A DNA stretch of 64,000 nt. Origin: Octopus sinensis. Taxonomy: Eukaryota. The position numbers and the translations under genes were made by a program. Under the pieces are notes generated by a model that saw nothing but the letters and a program-made list of their open reading frames with translations, was not told where the DNA came from and did no database searches. The stretch spans positions 104,346,001-104,410,000 of the forward strand of contig NC_043005.1 of the NCBI RefSeq assembly GCF_006345805.1, read 5' to 3'. Shown here one piece after another: positions 26,673 to 39,896 of the stretch. Numbering within the stretch: the stretch's first letter is position 1; each line of letters starts with the position of its first letter.

Positions 26673-27020
26673 CTGAGCTGTCCTATTCCAGCTAATGTTG
26701 AAAAGCTGTTAAAGAAACCATTGAGCTATATTATAACTATTATTGTGTTGCATCATTTCAACCACCACCGAGCTATTTCAATGCAACCGACACAGAGCTG
26801 ACCTGTATAAATTCAACAACTGACCTGTGTCATTAAAATCACTTGTTAGATTTTTAAGTACAACAACTTATAACAACTGCTGAGATAGATATACTGCAAC
26901 CACCATTGCGCTGAGCCATTACATTCAACACCGAACTATTTCATATTAACCACAACTGAGCTATAGATCCATGTCATCACAACCGCCACTGAGCTGTGGA
27001 TTACATAGGTAATCCACATA

Positions 27021-27650
27021 GGTGTTTCGTTCAACATCCTAAAACAAGCCTTATTCAGGGACCTTTTGAGCGGGATGGTCTACATCACCTGAAGAAACTT
27101 CTAAATGGGCCCCAGCTGAAAGGTCTAACTGTTATCTTGATATGAGATCACCATGTCGCGCACATATGGTTGTGATGCATGTGCCAGGTGTTTCGTTCAA
27201 CATCCTAAAACAAGCCTTATTCAGGGACCTTTTGAGCGGGATGGTCTACATCACCTGAAGAAACTTCTAACTGGGCCCTAGCTGAAAGGTCTAACTGTTA
27301 TCTTGATATGAGATCACCATGTCGCGCACATATGGTTGTGATGCATGTGCCAGGTGTACCTTTATGAGACTGGTAGGCATGGTGGGTATAACTTAGATAA
27401 ACTTAGATATGTTTCGACCAGAGATTGGTCCAGGCCATGTCTAACTTAATAGCATCACCTGATAGGATTATTCGAATCCTGTTTAAGTCAAGTTTTGTTC
27501 AAGTAGTGAGTTCTTGTTGGGTGAGTTGTATCCAATTATGGGTGGCTTATCTGGTATTCTTTGAAGGAATCTATCCAGACTCTGTTTAAAGTTGATGGGA
27601 TCCTTTTCCTCTTTGATCTGGACATACTGGACTTCGTATATTTTACCCCA
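27021..27650. mobile_element. Partial copy of the ~560-bp AAT-associated element, with a 166-bp internal tandem duplication and a nested LINE end
   Basis: Matches 58225-58455. Duplicated units 27021-27186 and 27187-27352 are joined at AGGTGT microhomology. Confidence 0.85.
27391..27623 (-). mobile_element. Nested 3' end of a CR1/L2-like LINE
   Basis: Minus-strand translation VQIKEEKDPINFKQSLDRFLQRIPDKPPIIGYNSPNKNSLLEQNLT* (stop 27483-27485), short 3' UTR, repeated ATCTAAGTT tail. Interrupts the host at GGGTATA|CTGG. Confidence 0.7.
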
Positions 27651-27656
27651 TTAATA

Positions 27657-27688
<32 letters not shown>

Positions 27689-27737
27689 AATAATAATAAC
27701 AATAGACCAGAAAAAAAGAAGGGGAAACAAAAGAAGA

Positions 27738-28340
27738 AGTACAAAAAGGACATGAAGAAGACTTACGCAAAAAGGGACTATACAATCAATTCCATGTATC
27801 CACAACTGAAGTTGCTGGAAAAACAGGTGGGAATGCATCTGCAATAGAGTGGCCGAAACCATTGCTCAAACCCACTAGAAGCCGTGGAGACATGACCAGG
27901 TAGCGAAAATGCTACATTGGGAACTGCGAAAAGTGAGAGTTTGAGAGATGCAAGACGTGGTATGAGTACAAACCGCAGAGCCAGAGACTAGCGAAATCCT
28001 CTGGGATTGCCCAATCCAAACAGATCAGGTGTTAGAGCAATAGATACAACCCTCTTAAGTATTAAATTGCCCGGCAATGGAAAATGAAGAAGGTGAAGAT
28101 TGTGCCAATTATTGTTTGGTCTTTGGGAACAGTATCAGAAGGCATCATGGAGAATATAAAGGAAATTGGAATAGAGTCTCCAGTAGAACTGTTACAAAAG
28201 GTTTGCCTCCTTGGCACGGCCAGAATGATCAAGGAAGTATTAGATAGCTGAAAAGAACGAATAGCACGGTACTGTAAGTTGCAGGAGGTAAGCCCTCCAC
28301 GCATGCAAGACTCCAAGAGCTCCAACAAAACCTGTGATAA
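27738..28340 (+). mobile_element. R4/Dong-clade non-LTR retrotransposon 3' fragment, decayed
   Basis: RHDQVAKMLHWELRK, WYEYKP, EILWDCPIQTDQVLE, VKIVPIIVWSLGTVS and ELLQKVCLLGTARMIKEVL*. Bounded by (ATG/ATA)n and (CTA)n. Confidence 0.85.
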
Positions 28341-28346
28341 AGAGAA

Positions 28347-28385
<39 letters not shown>

Positions 28386-29466
28386 GATAATAATGATGAT
28401 AATAATGATGATGATGATGAAGATAATAATAATAATAATAATGATGATGATGATGATGATAATAATAATAATCTTGCTTTTCTCCTAATTTGTGATATCA
28501 TGCCTGTGTAAAATAATGTTACGATTATTAGTCGTCAGAAAATGCCTTCTTCCCGCTTTCACGTTCTGCTTTTAAATCTCACAAACTTAGCCTTTCATCC
28601 TTACAGAACAGATAAAATAAAGTTCCAGTCAGGTACTGGAGTCAATATAGTCAACTAATTCTACAACTAAATTTCTGGCTTTGTGCCAAAGTTAAAAAAC
28701 AATAATTATGTTAATTAATTAGTCGTCAAAAAAAAATGTCTGGCGGGATTTGTTCCAACTCTTAACATTCTACATTAAAATATCTATGAAGTCAAGTTTG
28801 TTTCGGATCTGAGCTGAAAACCAATTTTGTCTTTTATGTCTTTAGGATCTATAAAATAAAGTTCCAATGAAGTACTTGGACGACTTATTCGATTACTTTC
28901 CACATCAAAAAAGGAAAGAAAAGAAAAACGGAATTTATTGCGTTGTGTCAATGTTAGAAAATATTATTATGATTGTTTGTTATTTATGAAAAGATCGAAC
29001 TGTAGTTTTAAGTAACGGTCTTATACAGTCTAGATTCACATTCTACTCAAGTTAAGGGCATGTATGGTTCCTACATTTATATTTTCTGAACTGTTTACAC
29101 AGAGATCTTATAACTGCATCAATAATAATAATAATAATAATAATTGTTGCCGAAATAATTATTGCTGATTACGAAAACTTTTATTTTCATATGTAACATA
29201 TAAACATGTACATCTTTTAGAACATTGTGATTTTATAAGATTTTGCAATGTGGACTTAAACAAAATTCATTATGTGTAATTGAGATGTGTGCAATACTCT
29301 TATTTCTACATTTTTATCAAGTTCCACGATACATATTGCGAACTGCTCACAAATATAAAATATTGTTATTACACACACAGATGTCTGACACAATGACAAA
29401 TGCTTCACCAACAACACTATAACCGCTGGCTCACACATGCACTTTATGCTGTTTTTTTTCTATCAG

Positions 29467-29684
29467 TCGACAATAATCCCTGCTCTTCTAAATTAGAAAG
29501 CTCATACTACCTACTTACGAACCACAAAATTCAGCCACCATCTCTCATTACATCATCCCTACCGCAGATACCGGCAACAGAAAATCCGTCAATCATTTCT
29601 CCGTCGAGAAGTATCTCTTCGGAATTTTCCTCAGCCAAAGTTCAAATTGGACATCCTGACCATGTATTTTACCAAACTGAAAAG
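29467..29684 (+). CDS. Candidate internal coding exon of an unidentified host gene (Ser/Pro/Thr-rich)
   Basis: Acceptor GTTTTTTTTCTATCAG and donor AAG|GTAAAA. Only one frame is open (phase 1 to 0): xDNNPCSSKLESSYYLLTNHKIQPPSLITSSLPQIPATENPSIISPSRSISSEFSSAKVQIGHPDHVFYQTEK. Non-repetitive; no homology recognised. Confidence 0.5.
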
Positions 29685-29979
29685 GTAAAATAAATAGAAG
29701 TACTTGTGCATCTGGATGTATGTATGTATGTATGTATGTATGTATGTATGTATGTATGTATGTATGTACGCATGCATGCATGTATGTATGCTTCTATGTA
29801 TACATATGTGTACGAATATATGTGTGAGCCCATGTGTATATTGTTTATATGTGCGCATGTACGTGTATATATATAAGTACACATTATTTTCAAACATCCC
29901 TGTCTATATAAAGTTTGAGGATTCGTACACCGACTTAAGATCGTATATTGATGAGTATGAGTATACACATTTCAATATA

Positions 29980-30031
<52 letters not shown>

Positions 30032-30061
30032 ATATATATATATATATACACATATGTATAT

Positions 30062-30098
<37 letters not shown>

Positions 30099-30940
30099 TA
30101 TGTGTGTGTGTGTGTGTGTGTACATATGTACATACATAGACACACACACACATATACATACATATGTGTGTGTGTGCATGTATGTATATGCGTATATGTA
30201 AATATCTATGTATATATGTATGCATGTATATGCGTGTATGTATTTATAATCTATACATGCATGATGTGTATGTTCAGTAAAGATATACAAACACGTGTTT
30301 CTTGTTAAATTCTTGAGTGAAGAATCCTAAATGTGTTGTAAAATTAATCGGAATTTTATGCTAAATTAATAACGGCACCAAAATATCTAGAATAACTAAC
30401 TCGCTAGTAATTAGAACAATTAAGGCAATATGGGAAATTGAGAGAGAATGTGTGAATGAGTGTGTATGAGGTTCAGCCTCTGTGTGTGTGTGTGTGTGTG
30501 TGTGTGAGTGAGTGAGTGAACATGTATAAGTTTGTGAGTTTGTGCAGAGAAAAAGAGGGAGTGAGAAACACAGAGAGTAATGTATGTTTCTTATTTGTGT
30601 GTGAGTGTGTGTGTGTGTGTCTGTGTGTGTGTGTGTCTGAGTGAGTGTGTGCATGTGCGTGTATACACACACACACGCACTCACTCATATTCCAGTATAT
30701 GCTCATAAATATATTTACATAAAAGTATAATCACGCGCATGCGTGAATGTGTTTGTTTATTAGTTTCCTTCTCTCTTTCTGTCTATCTATCCATCTTTAT
30801 CTCTATCTGTGTGTGTGTATGTATGCATGTATGTGTGTGCACGCGCGTGCGTGTTAAGTCGATAAAAGCTAAACGACTTCCTGGATCGAAATGAGCATAT
30901 CATATGGGACATTCTATTTCTAACCTTAAGTTGGTTTACT

Positions 30941-31350
30941 CTCTTTTACTCTTTTACTCTTTTACTTGTTTCAGTCATTTGACTGCGGCCATGCTGGAGC
31001 ACCGCCTTTAGTCGAGCAAATCGACCCTTATTCTTTGTAAGCCCAGTACTTATTCTATCGGTTTCTTTTGCCGAACCGCTAAGTGACGGGGACGTAAACA
31101 CACCAGCATCGGTTGTCAAGCAATGCTAGAGGGACAAACACAGACACACAAACATATACACACACATACATATATATACATATATACGACAGGCTTCTTT
31201 CAGTTTCCGTCTACCAAATCGACTCACAAGGCTTTGGTCGGCCCGAGGCTATAGTAGAAGATACTTGCCCAAGATGCCACGCAGTGGGACTGAACCCGGA
31301 ACCATGTGGTTGGTATGCAAGCTACTTACCACACAGCCACTCCTGCGCCT
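30941..31350 (-). mobile_element. SINE family A, full length, young-looking
   Basis: Head AGGCGCAGGAGTGGCTGTGTGGTAAGTAGCTTGC, B box GGTTCAGTCCC, (GTAAAAGA)n tail. Confidence 0.92.
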
Positions 31351-31371
31351 ATGACAAGTAGAATTAAGTGT

Positions 31372-31560
31372 GGAGGCACATGGCGTAGTGGTTAGAGCAG
31401 CGGACTCGCGGTCGCGGATTCGAATCTCACACCGGGCGATGTGTGTGTTTATGAGCGAAACACCTAAGCCCCACGCGGCTCCGGCGGAAGGTAATGGCAA
31501 ACTTCTGCTGACTCTTTCACCACAACTTTCTCTCACTCTTTCTTCTTGCAGCTTACCTGC
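31372..31560 (+). mobile_element. tRNA-derived SINE (C-like head), 3'-truncated
   Basis: GGAGGCACATGGCGTAGTGGTTAGAGC (A box) and GGATTCGAATC (B box), followed by a non-tRNA body. Confidence 0.8.
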
Positions 31561-34500
31561 AATGTATGTTTTAAAACGCCTACAGTAGAAATAAACCCAT
31601 GACTCCCTGTTAAAGGTGCAATTCTGTCATTAGTTTCTACACTTACATACATCTCTCTGCTAATATTTTCAAGTATGAGCAGGGAGACATAGACAGAGAA
31701 GCCCGGACATTCCCGCAAATATATATATGTAAGACACCCATCACTCAGTGGGACATCAATGGTGAAGCTCAAATTCAAGTTCAGAAATGCATTCTTTGAA
31801 TGATGGCTGTATATACGTACTGCGTTGAGTGGGGTTTTGTCAACCAAATATTACACGCTGTATCCTATAATCTCAATCAGAGATTACAAGATGTAATTGA
31901 CAACTGGATCAACACGATATGCAGACATGATTAAAAATGACTTTTTCTCTGATAATATGAAACCTATTTCTGACAGGTACGAAAACTTAGGTGATGTGGA
32001 AGAACCTACCCTGTACATTGAAATTCCAAAAGCTGATTTGAATGTATAAGTTATGTATAGTTATGCACTTATATACGAATACACATATGGACATTTATGC
32101 ACACACTTATACAAACTCACGAGCACACACACACACACACACACATGCACATACACACACTCATACATGCGCGCACGCACACTCAAACGCGCATGCGCAC
32201 ACACTATTTTTTCATACATTTTCTTTCGAGTTATGTCTCCTAATCTCTATTTTATTACGTTTATTTCGTTCAACTTCGTCGTGGACTTTTTGTACGTATG
32301 TATGTATTTATGTGGGTGTATATACGGGTATGTATGCATGTGTATGTGGGTGTATATACGGGTATGTATGCATGTGTATGACTATATGTATACGCATGTG
32401 TGTATAATCATATATGTATGTGTATCTTTACGTACGTGTGTGTGTATCTTTACACATACATACACTTATACAGACACACACGCATACTCACACACAAACG
32501 CTCTCACAGACGAATTTATATATGTAATTGGGCATATACCCGTATGTACTTTTATAATACAACAAAGTGGATATTTGTCCCCATAACTAAAAGAGACATG
32601 TACTATTATTGGAGTTTGGCAGACACATAAACTTCACATCAAAAGTAAATAAGACAGACTATGTGGAATTAATAGGGAAACATCCAACCTTTATTTCCTT
32701 GTTCAAAAGTATATAACTTCATCTCAAATTAATGGAGGTAGACTAGTATTTAATTTAGAATCAGCGCACTATTTAAAAAGACAAGTTTACAATATTTGAC
32801 GTTGCTCAAATACAGTTGATCATGTCACCGATCATAGTTGTTTACATGAGTGTTTTTACTCTAATTTCATTTAGTTTTAAGTGAATATAATCCCTTCAGT
32901 GATTTGAGGTTTATACGGGTAATTTTTTTAAGTACACTGGTATCTGACTTTCGTTCAGGTAAATACTTATGAATCCTGTCCTAACTCAAATTCTAATTAC
33001 CATATTTATAAAGGAGTTTATACGCGGTCGCTAGATTTGCAGTTAAATATCATTCAAAATAACATTTTAATGTCTTTTTTTAAAATATACATCGAATAAT
33101 GTCTTGGAAATACTGTTTAATAAAAAAAAATCAGAATCGTCTTGGAACACTTTTTATCATGTCAACTCAGTTGTTACTTACCTTGGGATCAATAAAGACA
33201 GCATTCTTTTAGATGTGACCTTAAGTTTAACACTTAGACTATCTTGCATCATAAGATCATGTGGCTTATTAGAGTTCTACAATAGGTTCTATGAGGTCCA
33301 TTGAACCAAAATATATTTATGTCCTTTTTTTTTTATCTACTTTGAATCGTTCGTCCTTTAAAAGTTCTCATGGTAGGTATGCTGATAAGTCCAATGGGAA
33401 GTTACATTTTGTCTGAAACCTCTTAAGAAGGGTTCTGAAAATGGACTGAAGACGACTCTTAACCTAATTCTGTGAATTCATTAACTTCAAGTGCAACATA
33501 GTGATTGAGAAAATGCTTAAAATTATGGAATCTCTTCAAAGAGTATCCCCCCCCCAAAAAAAAAAAATTGCAGTTCTATAAATAAATCTAAGATGGGTAA
33601 GTAACGTGAAATGTATTGTTCATGAAAACAACAATCTGATTGCAGCAGAAAACTTTATCAATGGCATTGAGTTCGCATCATTTAAATATGTTCTTCGACA
33701 ATTAACCTAACCCGTTTGAAATGTGTACCACATATACTTCAAGTATCTCGTTTTATGAGAGATTAGGTGCTGACATTCATGTTTTTTTTTGCACTCAAAG
33801 ACCCTGGACTCTTTTACTGATCTTCAAACGAACGATATTAACGTAAGAACACTGAACTACAAGAAGTACATTGTAGCTAATTCCGATTCAATGCAGCCAA
33901 TTTCACTTCACTTACTCCAATATACCATGCGAAAAGTTACAGAACATCCCGTTTTCATCTAAAACTGTGGCCTTCTTTAAAGAAAACGATATTATCAAAC
34001 TTTGTAGTCTATTTACTTTACAAATACTAAAAAAAAAAAAAGGAATAATGACTGAGTATATGTATTACTGCATATTTATTTGATTTGTGATATCGCAGGA
34101 TTACTTCCAGTAAAAACTGCAATCTGTCCCAAGCAAAATATGAAACACTACATGAATTTCAAATATAACTCAATGTATGATAAATAGAATAATTTATTTT
34201 TGTTAGAGAGGTGAATATAGAACCTAGAAAAATCTATAGTGGAAGGATTTGATTTGATATTCATGCAAATAAAATGCTCCGAAGATAAAATCGAAAGAGA
34301 GTCGTAAGCTTCATTGGTCAAGAATTTAGTTCTCTAGCTAGCGATCGTTTGGTATTGACTTTTTAAAAAGCTGTAATTTGTTAAAGAGCGAGCTGAGATT
34401 GCGTACCTTTCAAGCTTATAGAAGGGATATCAAACTACTACGGCAACCCGAAGAGAAAGGTGATGTAAAACTTGTGACCTTTTCTAATGGTATCAAGATG

Positions 34501-35364
34501 TATAACTGAAATAAAAACATAATCGTTATAATCAGATCACAGAGGACTTGTATTTTGATAAAGCACCAAACCGCTTTTCTTTAAAGGACAATAATTTAAA
34601 TGGCATTTTCTCTTAAACAGTATCGACACCAATAATGAAGTGAATTAGCTTTGACTGAGAAATGAATGCTGAGTCAGACTATATACATACTATTTTTTGT
34701 AAATTGCTCGTGCAGTATAAATTTCTAATACTGACCAGGCACATGATCAGGCATCCACTTTCATTTAATATTGATTTCTACAGAGGCACAAGGCGACACA
34801 TTTCAGTGGAAGGAAACAGTCGATTACATTGACTTCGGTACATGACTAGTACTTTATTTTATCACCCCCGGATGGCAAAGTCGACATTTATAGCATAAAT
34901 ACCGCAGAGCATTTTGTTTGTCGATTGTTTTCATTTAATATTGATAACATTTCTACAAAGTACTTCACTCATACAAAATAAATATCTCGCTTAAAATAAT
35001 AAATCAGAAAGAGTTTCTTTTCTTCTTCTGCCTTGACATCATGTCTAGTTAAGATTTAAATATATTGGTTAAATTAATTTGGTTTATTGGAGGTCAAATG
35101 AAATACAACAGACCCCACTCAAAGATATAACAAAACAATAATAATAAAAAAATAGGACTGAATTTGTGTGATCTCCATAAATATAATTTCTAAAACTCAT
35201 AAATATACCAATTCTCTTTTAATTTGCAATGTATAAATTTCATCTTGGAAAGACAATATACATAATCTAACATATATTCATACACACCACACTCTCAATT
35301 CACACACACATTCACGTACATTTAGAGATTGACATAAACAAAAGCACGTAGCCAGACAGACATA

Positions 35365-35395
<31 letters not shown>

Positions 35396-36638
35396 CACAC
35401 ACACACACACACACTCACACACGCATACGCATACAAATGCATATACACTCATGTGTGTGTGTGCATATGTAAATATATATACACATAAATTCACACATAC
35501 ACAGACACAAACATACATGGGAGTAAACTTGAACTTACATCAAAGCACTCTCTCAAAGTCCGTATATTATTTATATGATGTGTCTATGGGTGTAAATAAA
35601 ATGTGTATGCTTGTAGATGTTTGAGAATATGTGTATAAGAATGGATGATGTACGTCTTTATGCCTATGTATATGTATGTGTGTTTGTGTGTGCATGTATG
35701 TATGTATGTATGTATGTATGTATGTATGTATGCATGTATGTACCCATGTATGCATGTATTTATGTATGTATATATGTACGTACGTACGTATGTACATGCA
35801 TACGTACCTATTTATTTCAATTATCTAGACTGATTAAAGTTGCAAGACAAGTAGAGAGTGGAATAGAATGATAGGTAGAGAAAGAGATTGAAGAATAAAC
35901 ACACTAACGCATCTACAGAGACATATGCACATACGGACGCTCTCGCAGAGAGAGAAAGACGGAAAGAAAGAGATTGAATGAGAGAAAGAGAGAGATCCAT
36001 TTATCAGACTTGGCCACCAATCTGATCAAAAAGAGCCCATTATAATCTGAAGCACTTACATGTGGATTTTTAACATAATCATAAAACATTCTACTGATTA
36101 AGTTTAAGACCCAATGACGTAGCGTTGGTGTTGTTATTGTTTTTTGTTTTATTGTAGCCCATTGTTGGTATAGATGTTGTTGTATAAATAGGGTGAGGAT
36201 GAAGGAGGTGGACAGAGAGAAAAGATGTGCGCGGGTGCGGTGAAAAAAGAGGAGCTGATAATGGCTCTGAGATATATTTCGTCCTTTTGTCGCTGCCGCT
36301 GGTTGACATGCGATAGCGGATGATGGGAAGACATGATAGGTAGGGAAGGATGGGTAGCTAGTGGTTGTGGAGGTAGATGGTGGTAGGTGGTGTTAGGTGG
36401 TTGTAAGTGATGGTAAACAGCGGCAGGTGATGGAAATGCGGGGTAGGCGGTGGTATTGGCGCTGGTAGATAATGGATATGTAAGGGGGGTTAGTTATTAG
36501 CAATAGCGGTGATGATAGTGGCAAGGGGGTAGTTGATGCTGATCAACAGCCTAGGTTATAGAGGTGTGCAATAAGAAGTGGTGGTGCTTACCAAAGCAAT
36601 ATAAATGTGTGAGTTAGGTGGATCGATATATATATATA

Positions 36639-36696
<58 letters not shown>

Positions 36697-37163
36697 ATAT
36701 ATATATGTATGTATATATGCATATATATATATATATACATATGTCTGTGTGTGTGTGTAATACTAGGGTGTATAACTTGTACTGATTGACAAGTGGATGT
36801 GGGATAAAGGGTGGGAAAAGTAGAAACGTATGGGGGTAGGTGTGATAACAGACAGGTGGAGTAGGATTTTGAAAATGGTGTATGGAGGGACCCTTTACTT
36901 ACATCAGTGGTCCAGAGTGGGGAATATGCGGGGTATTAAGTGGCAGAGGAGGGATATAAACATTTACGGTTTCTTTTTTCTCATATTAGAGCTGTAAAAA
37001 CGTTAGATGTTAGTGTTTTAGACGATTATGACGATGTTTGGAGATACAGATGATGGTTATTATAATGATAATGGTTATCATAATCGCAATGATGAAATTG
37101 CTATGATGATAACGATAACGACTAGTGTTCGTCGGTCATATTGTGCTGAACAGTAAGATTAAC

Positions 37164-37229
<66 letters not shown>

Positions 37230-37265
37230 ATCTATCTATCTACCTCTCTCTCCCTCCCTCTCTCC

Positions 37266-37344
<79 letters not shown>

Positions 37345-37358
37345 TATATATATATACA

Positions 37359-37618
37359 TATCTATACAATAATATGTTACATTACTCGATAGTCAAGATA
37401 AAGCTCTCAGATGCCGAAGTGGAAATCCACAACACCATCTCTTCGGTTATAGCCAGATAACCGAAGAGATGGTGTTGTGGATTTCCACTTCGGCATCTGA
37501 AACTCAGAGTTTTATCTTGACTATCGAGTAATGTAACATATTATTGTATAGATAAATTTCCTCTATTTACATAATATTGAGGTATCTTTCTTTCTGTTGT
37601 TATCTTACCGTTTTACCA

Positions 37619-37620
<2 letters not shown>
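37359..37620. mobile_element. Palindromic element, copy 1 (196-bp hairpin plus ~65-bp tail)
   Basis: Arms 37359-37450 and 37457-37554, loop AGCCAG; they differ by one substitution and a 6-nt indel. Tail AATTTCCTCTATTTACATAATATTGAGGT. Microsatellites on both sides. Confidence 0.85.
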
Positions 37621-37664
<44 letters not shown>

Positions 37665-37698
37665 ATATACATATAAATATATATACATATATATATAC

Positions 37699-37763
<65 letters not shown>

Positions 37764-37781
37764 ATATATATATATATATAT

Positions 37782-37908
37782 AACCACATGGTTCCGGGTT
37801 CAGTCCCACTGCGTAGCACCTTGGGCAAGTGTCTTCTGCTATAGCCCCGGGCCGACCAAAGCCTTGTGAGTGGATTTGGTACATGGAAACTGAAAGAAGC
37901 CATTCGTA
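37782..37908 (+). mobile_element. SINE family A, partial
   Basis: AACCACATGGTTCCGGGTTCAGTCCCACTGCG...GAAACTGAAAGAAGCC. Confidence 0.85.
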
Positions 37909-37999
37909 TACACACACACACTCACACAGAGTAAAAGGCATTTTGTCCAGCATATTAACTATTATGCAAGCTCGCCTAATAATAATAATAATCCTTTCT

Positions 38000-38435
38000 T
38001 CTTATAAAGCACATGGCTTGAAATTTGTGGGGAGGGAATAAGTCGATTACATCAGCCCCAGTGCTCTACTGGTAATTATTTGATCGACCCCGAAAGAATG
38101 AAAGGTAAAAACGACCTCGGCAGGTTTCGAACCCAGAACGTATGGACTGACGAAATGCCACTAAGCATCTTGCCTGGCTTGGTAACGATTCTGCCAGGTC
38201 ACTGCCAAATAATTTCAAATTATGGCACAAGGCCAGCAATTTTGAGGGAGTGGGTAAATCGATTACATCGACCCCGGTGTTGACCTGGTATTATTTTATC
38301 GTACCTGAAAGGATGAAAGGCAAGGTCGACTTCGATGGAATTTGAACTCAGAACGTAAAGCCGGACGAAATGCCGCTAAGCATTTTGTCCAGCATGTTAA
38401 CAATTCTGCCAGCTCTCATGGTATTGATAATAATG

Positions 38436-38508
<73 letters not shown>

Positions 38509-38540
38509 TAATAATGATAATAATAATAATAATAATAATA

Positions 38541-38578
<38 letters not shown>

Positions 38579-38579
38579 A

Positions 38580-38639
<60 letters not shown>

Positions 38640-38872
38640 TCAAATTTTGGCACAGAGCTAGCAATTTTGGGAGAGGAGGTAAGTCGATTACTTCGACCCT
38701 AGTGTTCAACTGGTACATATCGAACTCGCTAGAATGAAAATATTTGCATTGTTGCCAGATCAAATACTTTCCAAATGTCGTGTTGAAATTTGACGTCGGC
38801 CACTTTCGACAGGCGAAATACTGCTAAGCATTTCGTCCGGCGTGTTTAACGAGTCTGCCAGCTCGCCACCTT
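38000..38872 (-). mobile_element. Cluster of three family B SINEs (about 38000-38208, 38215-38420, 38638-38872) around an AAT/GAT/ATT microsatellite
   Basis: Each shows the reverse complement of GAGCTGGCAGA..CGTTA/GCTTAGC and the GTCGATTAC(A/T)TC core. Confidence 0.8.
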
Positions 38873-39896
38873 GATGTGAAGTTAAAATCAAATCAAATCA
38901 AGTAGAGTTATTTAAAACCAAATAAAATAAAATTAAATGCCGAATATAATTCTAATTTAAATTGAATTAAAAAGAATTTTAATAAATCAAACCATTATAT
39001 AGGGTAAGGACTAAAATTAAAAAATAAATCAAAGTAAAAATTAATTCTTAATTTGTAGGTTTAAATTTTAATTCTTCGTTACTAGGGAGAAGAATTCACT
39101 AACCGCTTTCGACAGTAAGTGTGCACTTTAACCCTTCAAGTCAACAATTTAAATTGCTCTTACGTGTCATTTCGCAGTCTGTAACTAAATGATATTTTCT
39201 CGTTAACTATGACGAGAAAAAGTAGAAAAAGTGTTTTGGAGTCTCTTTATCCAACAGATTATTTAGGTATTATAATCGTAGTATATCTGCACAATGAGGA
39301 GGTCTGGGAGTAACGAAGGAATATTCCCGGCCATACCTTGATGGTTCTGAGACAATCTGTTAAGCTTATACTCAATCGACTGAGTCATATCTTAAAATTA
39401 CTAGGCATATGACCGAAGAATCTTTACTTTCACTCTAAATATGAGGTAGAATGGTATCACTAACTGTAGCAATGATTTATGCAATTTTGATCTGCGAACA
39501 CCAGGAAATATCCTTTTAGTTCTCTTTCATTTGAAATAAATAGTGTTTAAATGCACTTCTTGTAGAGAACAGCAAAAATAAATCGATTGGAGTCATCGCA
39601 TTTGCAAGTATCTCCCTCCTGATAGTCTCTTATTTTGGCTTATTCCTTTCTACAATTTTATGACAATCCTTTCGTGTACAGATGAGATTCACAAAAAATT
39701 CAAAGTGGATTTATATGTAACAGTGCTTCTATGAGGAATCTTACGTTGCTGTTTTACTGGTGAGGTAACATTTTAAGTCCCCATTATAGAGTGATCTGAG
39801 ATAGAATAGTTTGGGAAAAGATAGTGTCCATTGATAAATGGTTCAAAGATGCATTTATTATTATGTGAAATAATAACATTTTTATTGTGTGAAATA

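Noticed and set aside
26672-27360. CRISPR-like array
   Set aside because: Eukaryotic context, degenerate irregular repeats, no cas genes; the 166-bp repeat is a TE-internal duplication.
31372-31445. tRNA gene-like sequence (also 3023, 20513, 50535 and the family A and B heads)
   Set aside because: A and B boxes are present, but there is no complete cloverleaf and each runs into a shared SINE body.
33801-33842. 42-nt micro-exon candidate (TLDSFTDLQTNDIN), in phase with the 29467 exon
   Set aside because: Splice-like signals occur on both strands here; too short to distinguish from chance without RNA data.
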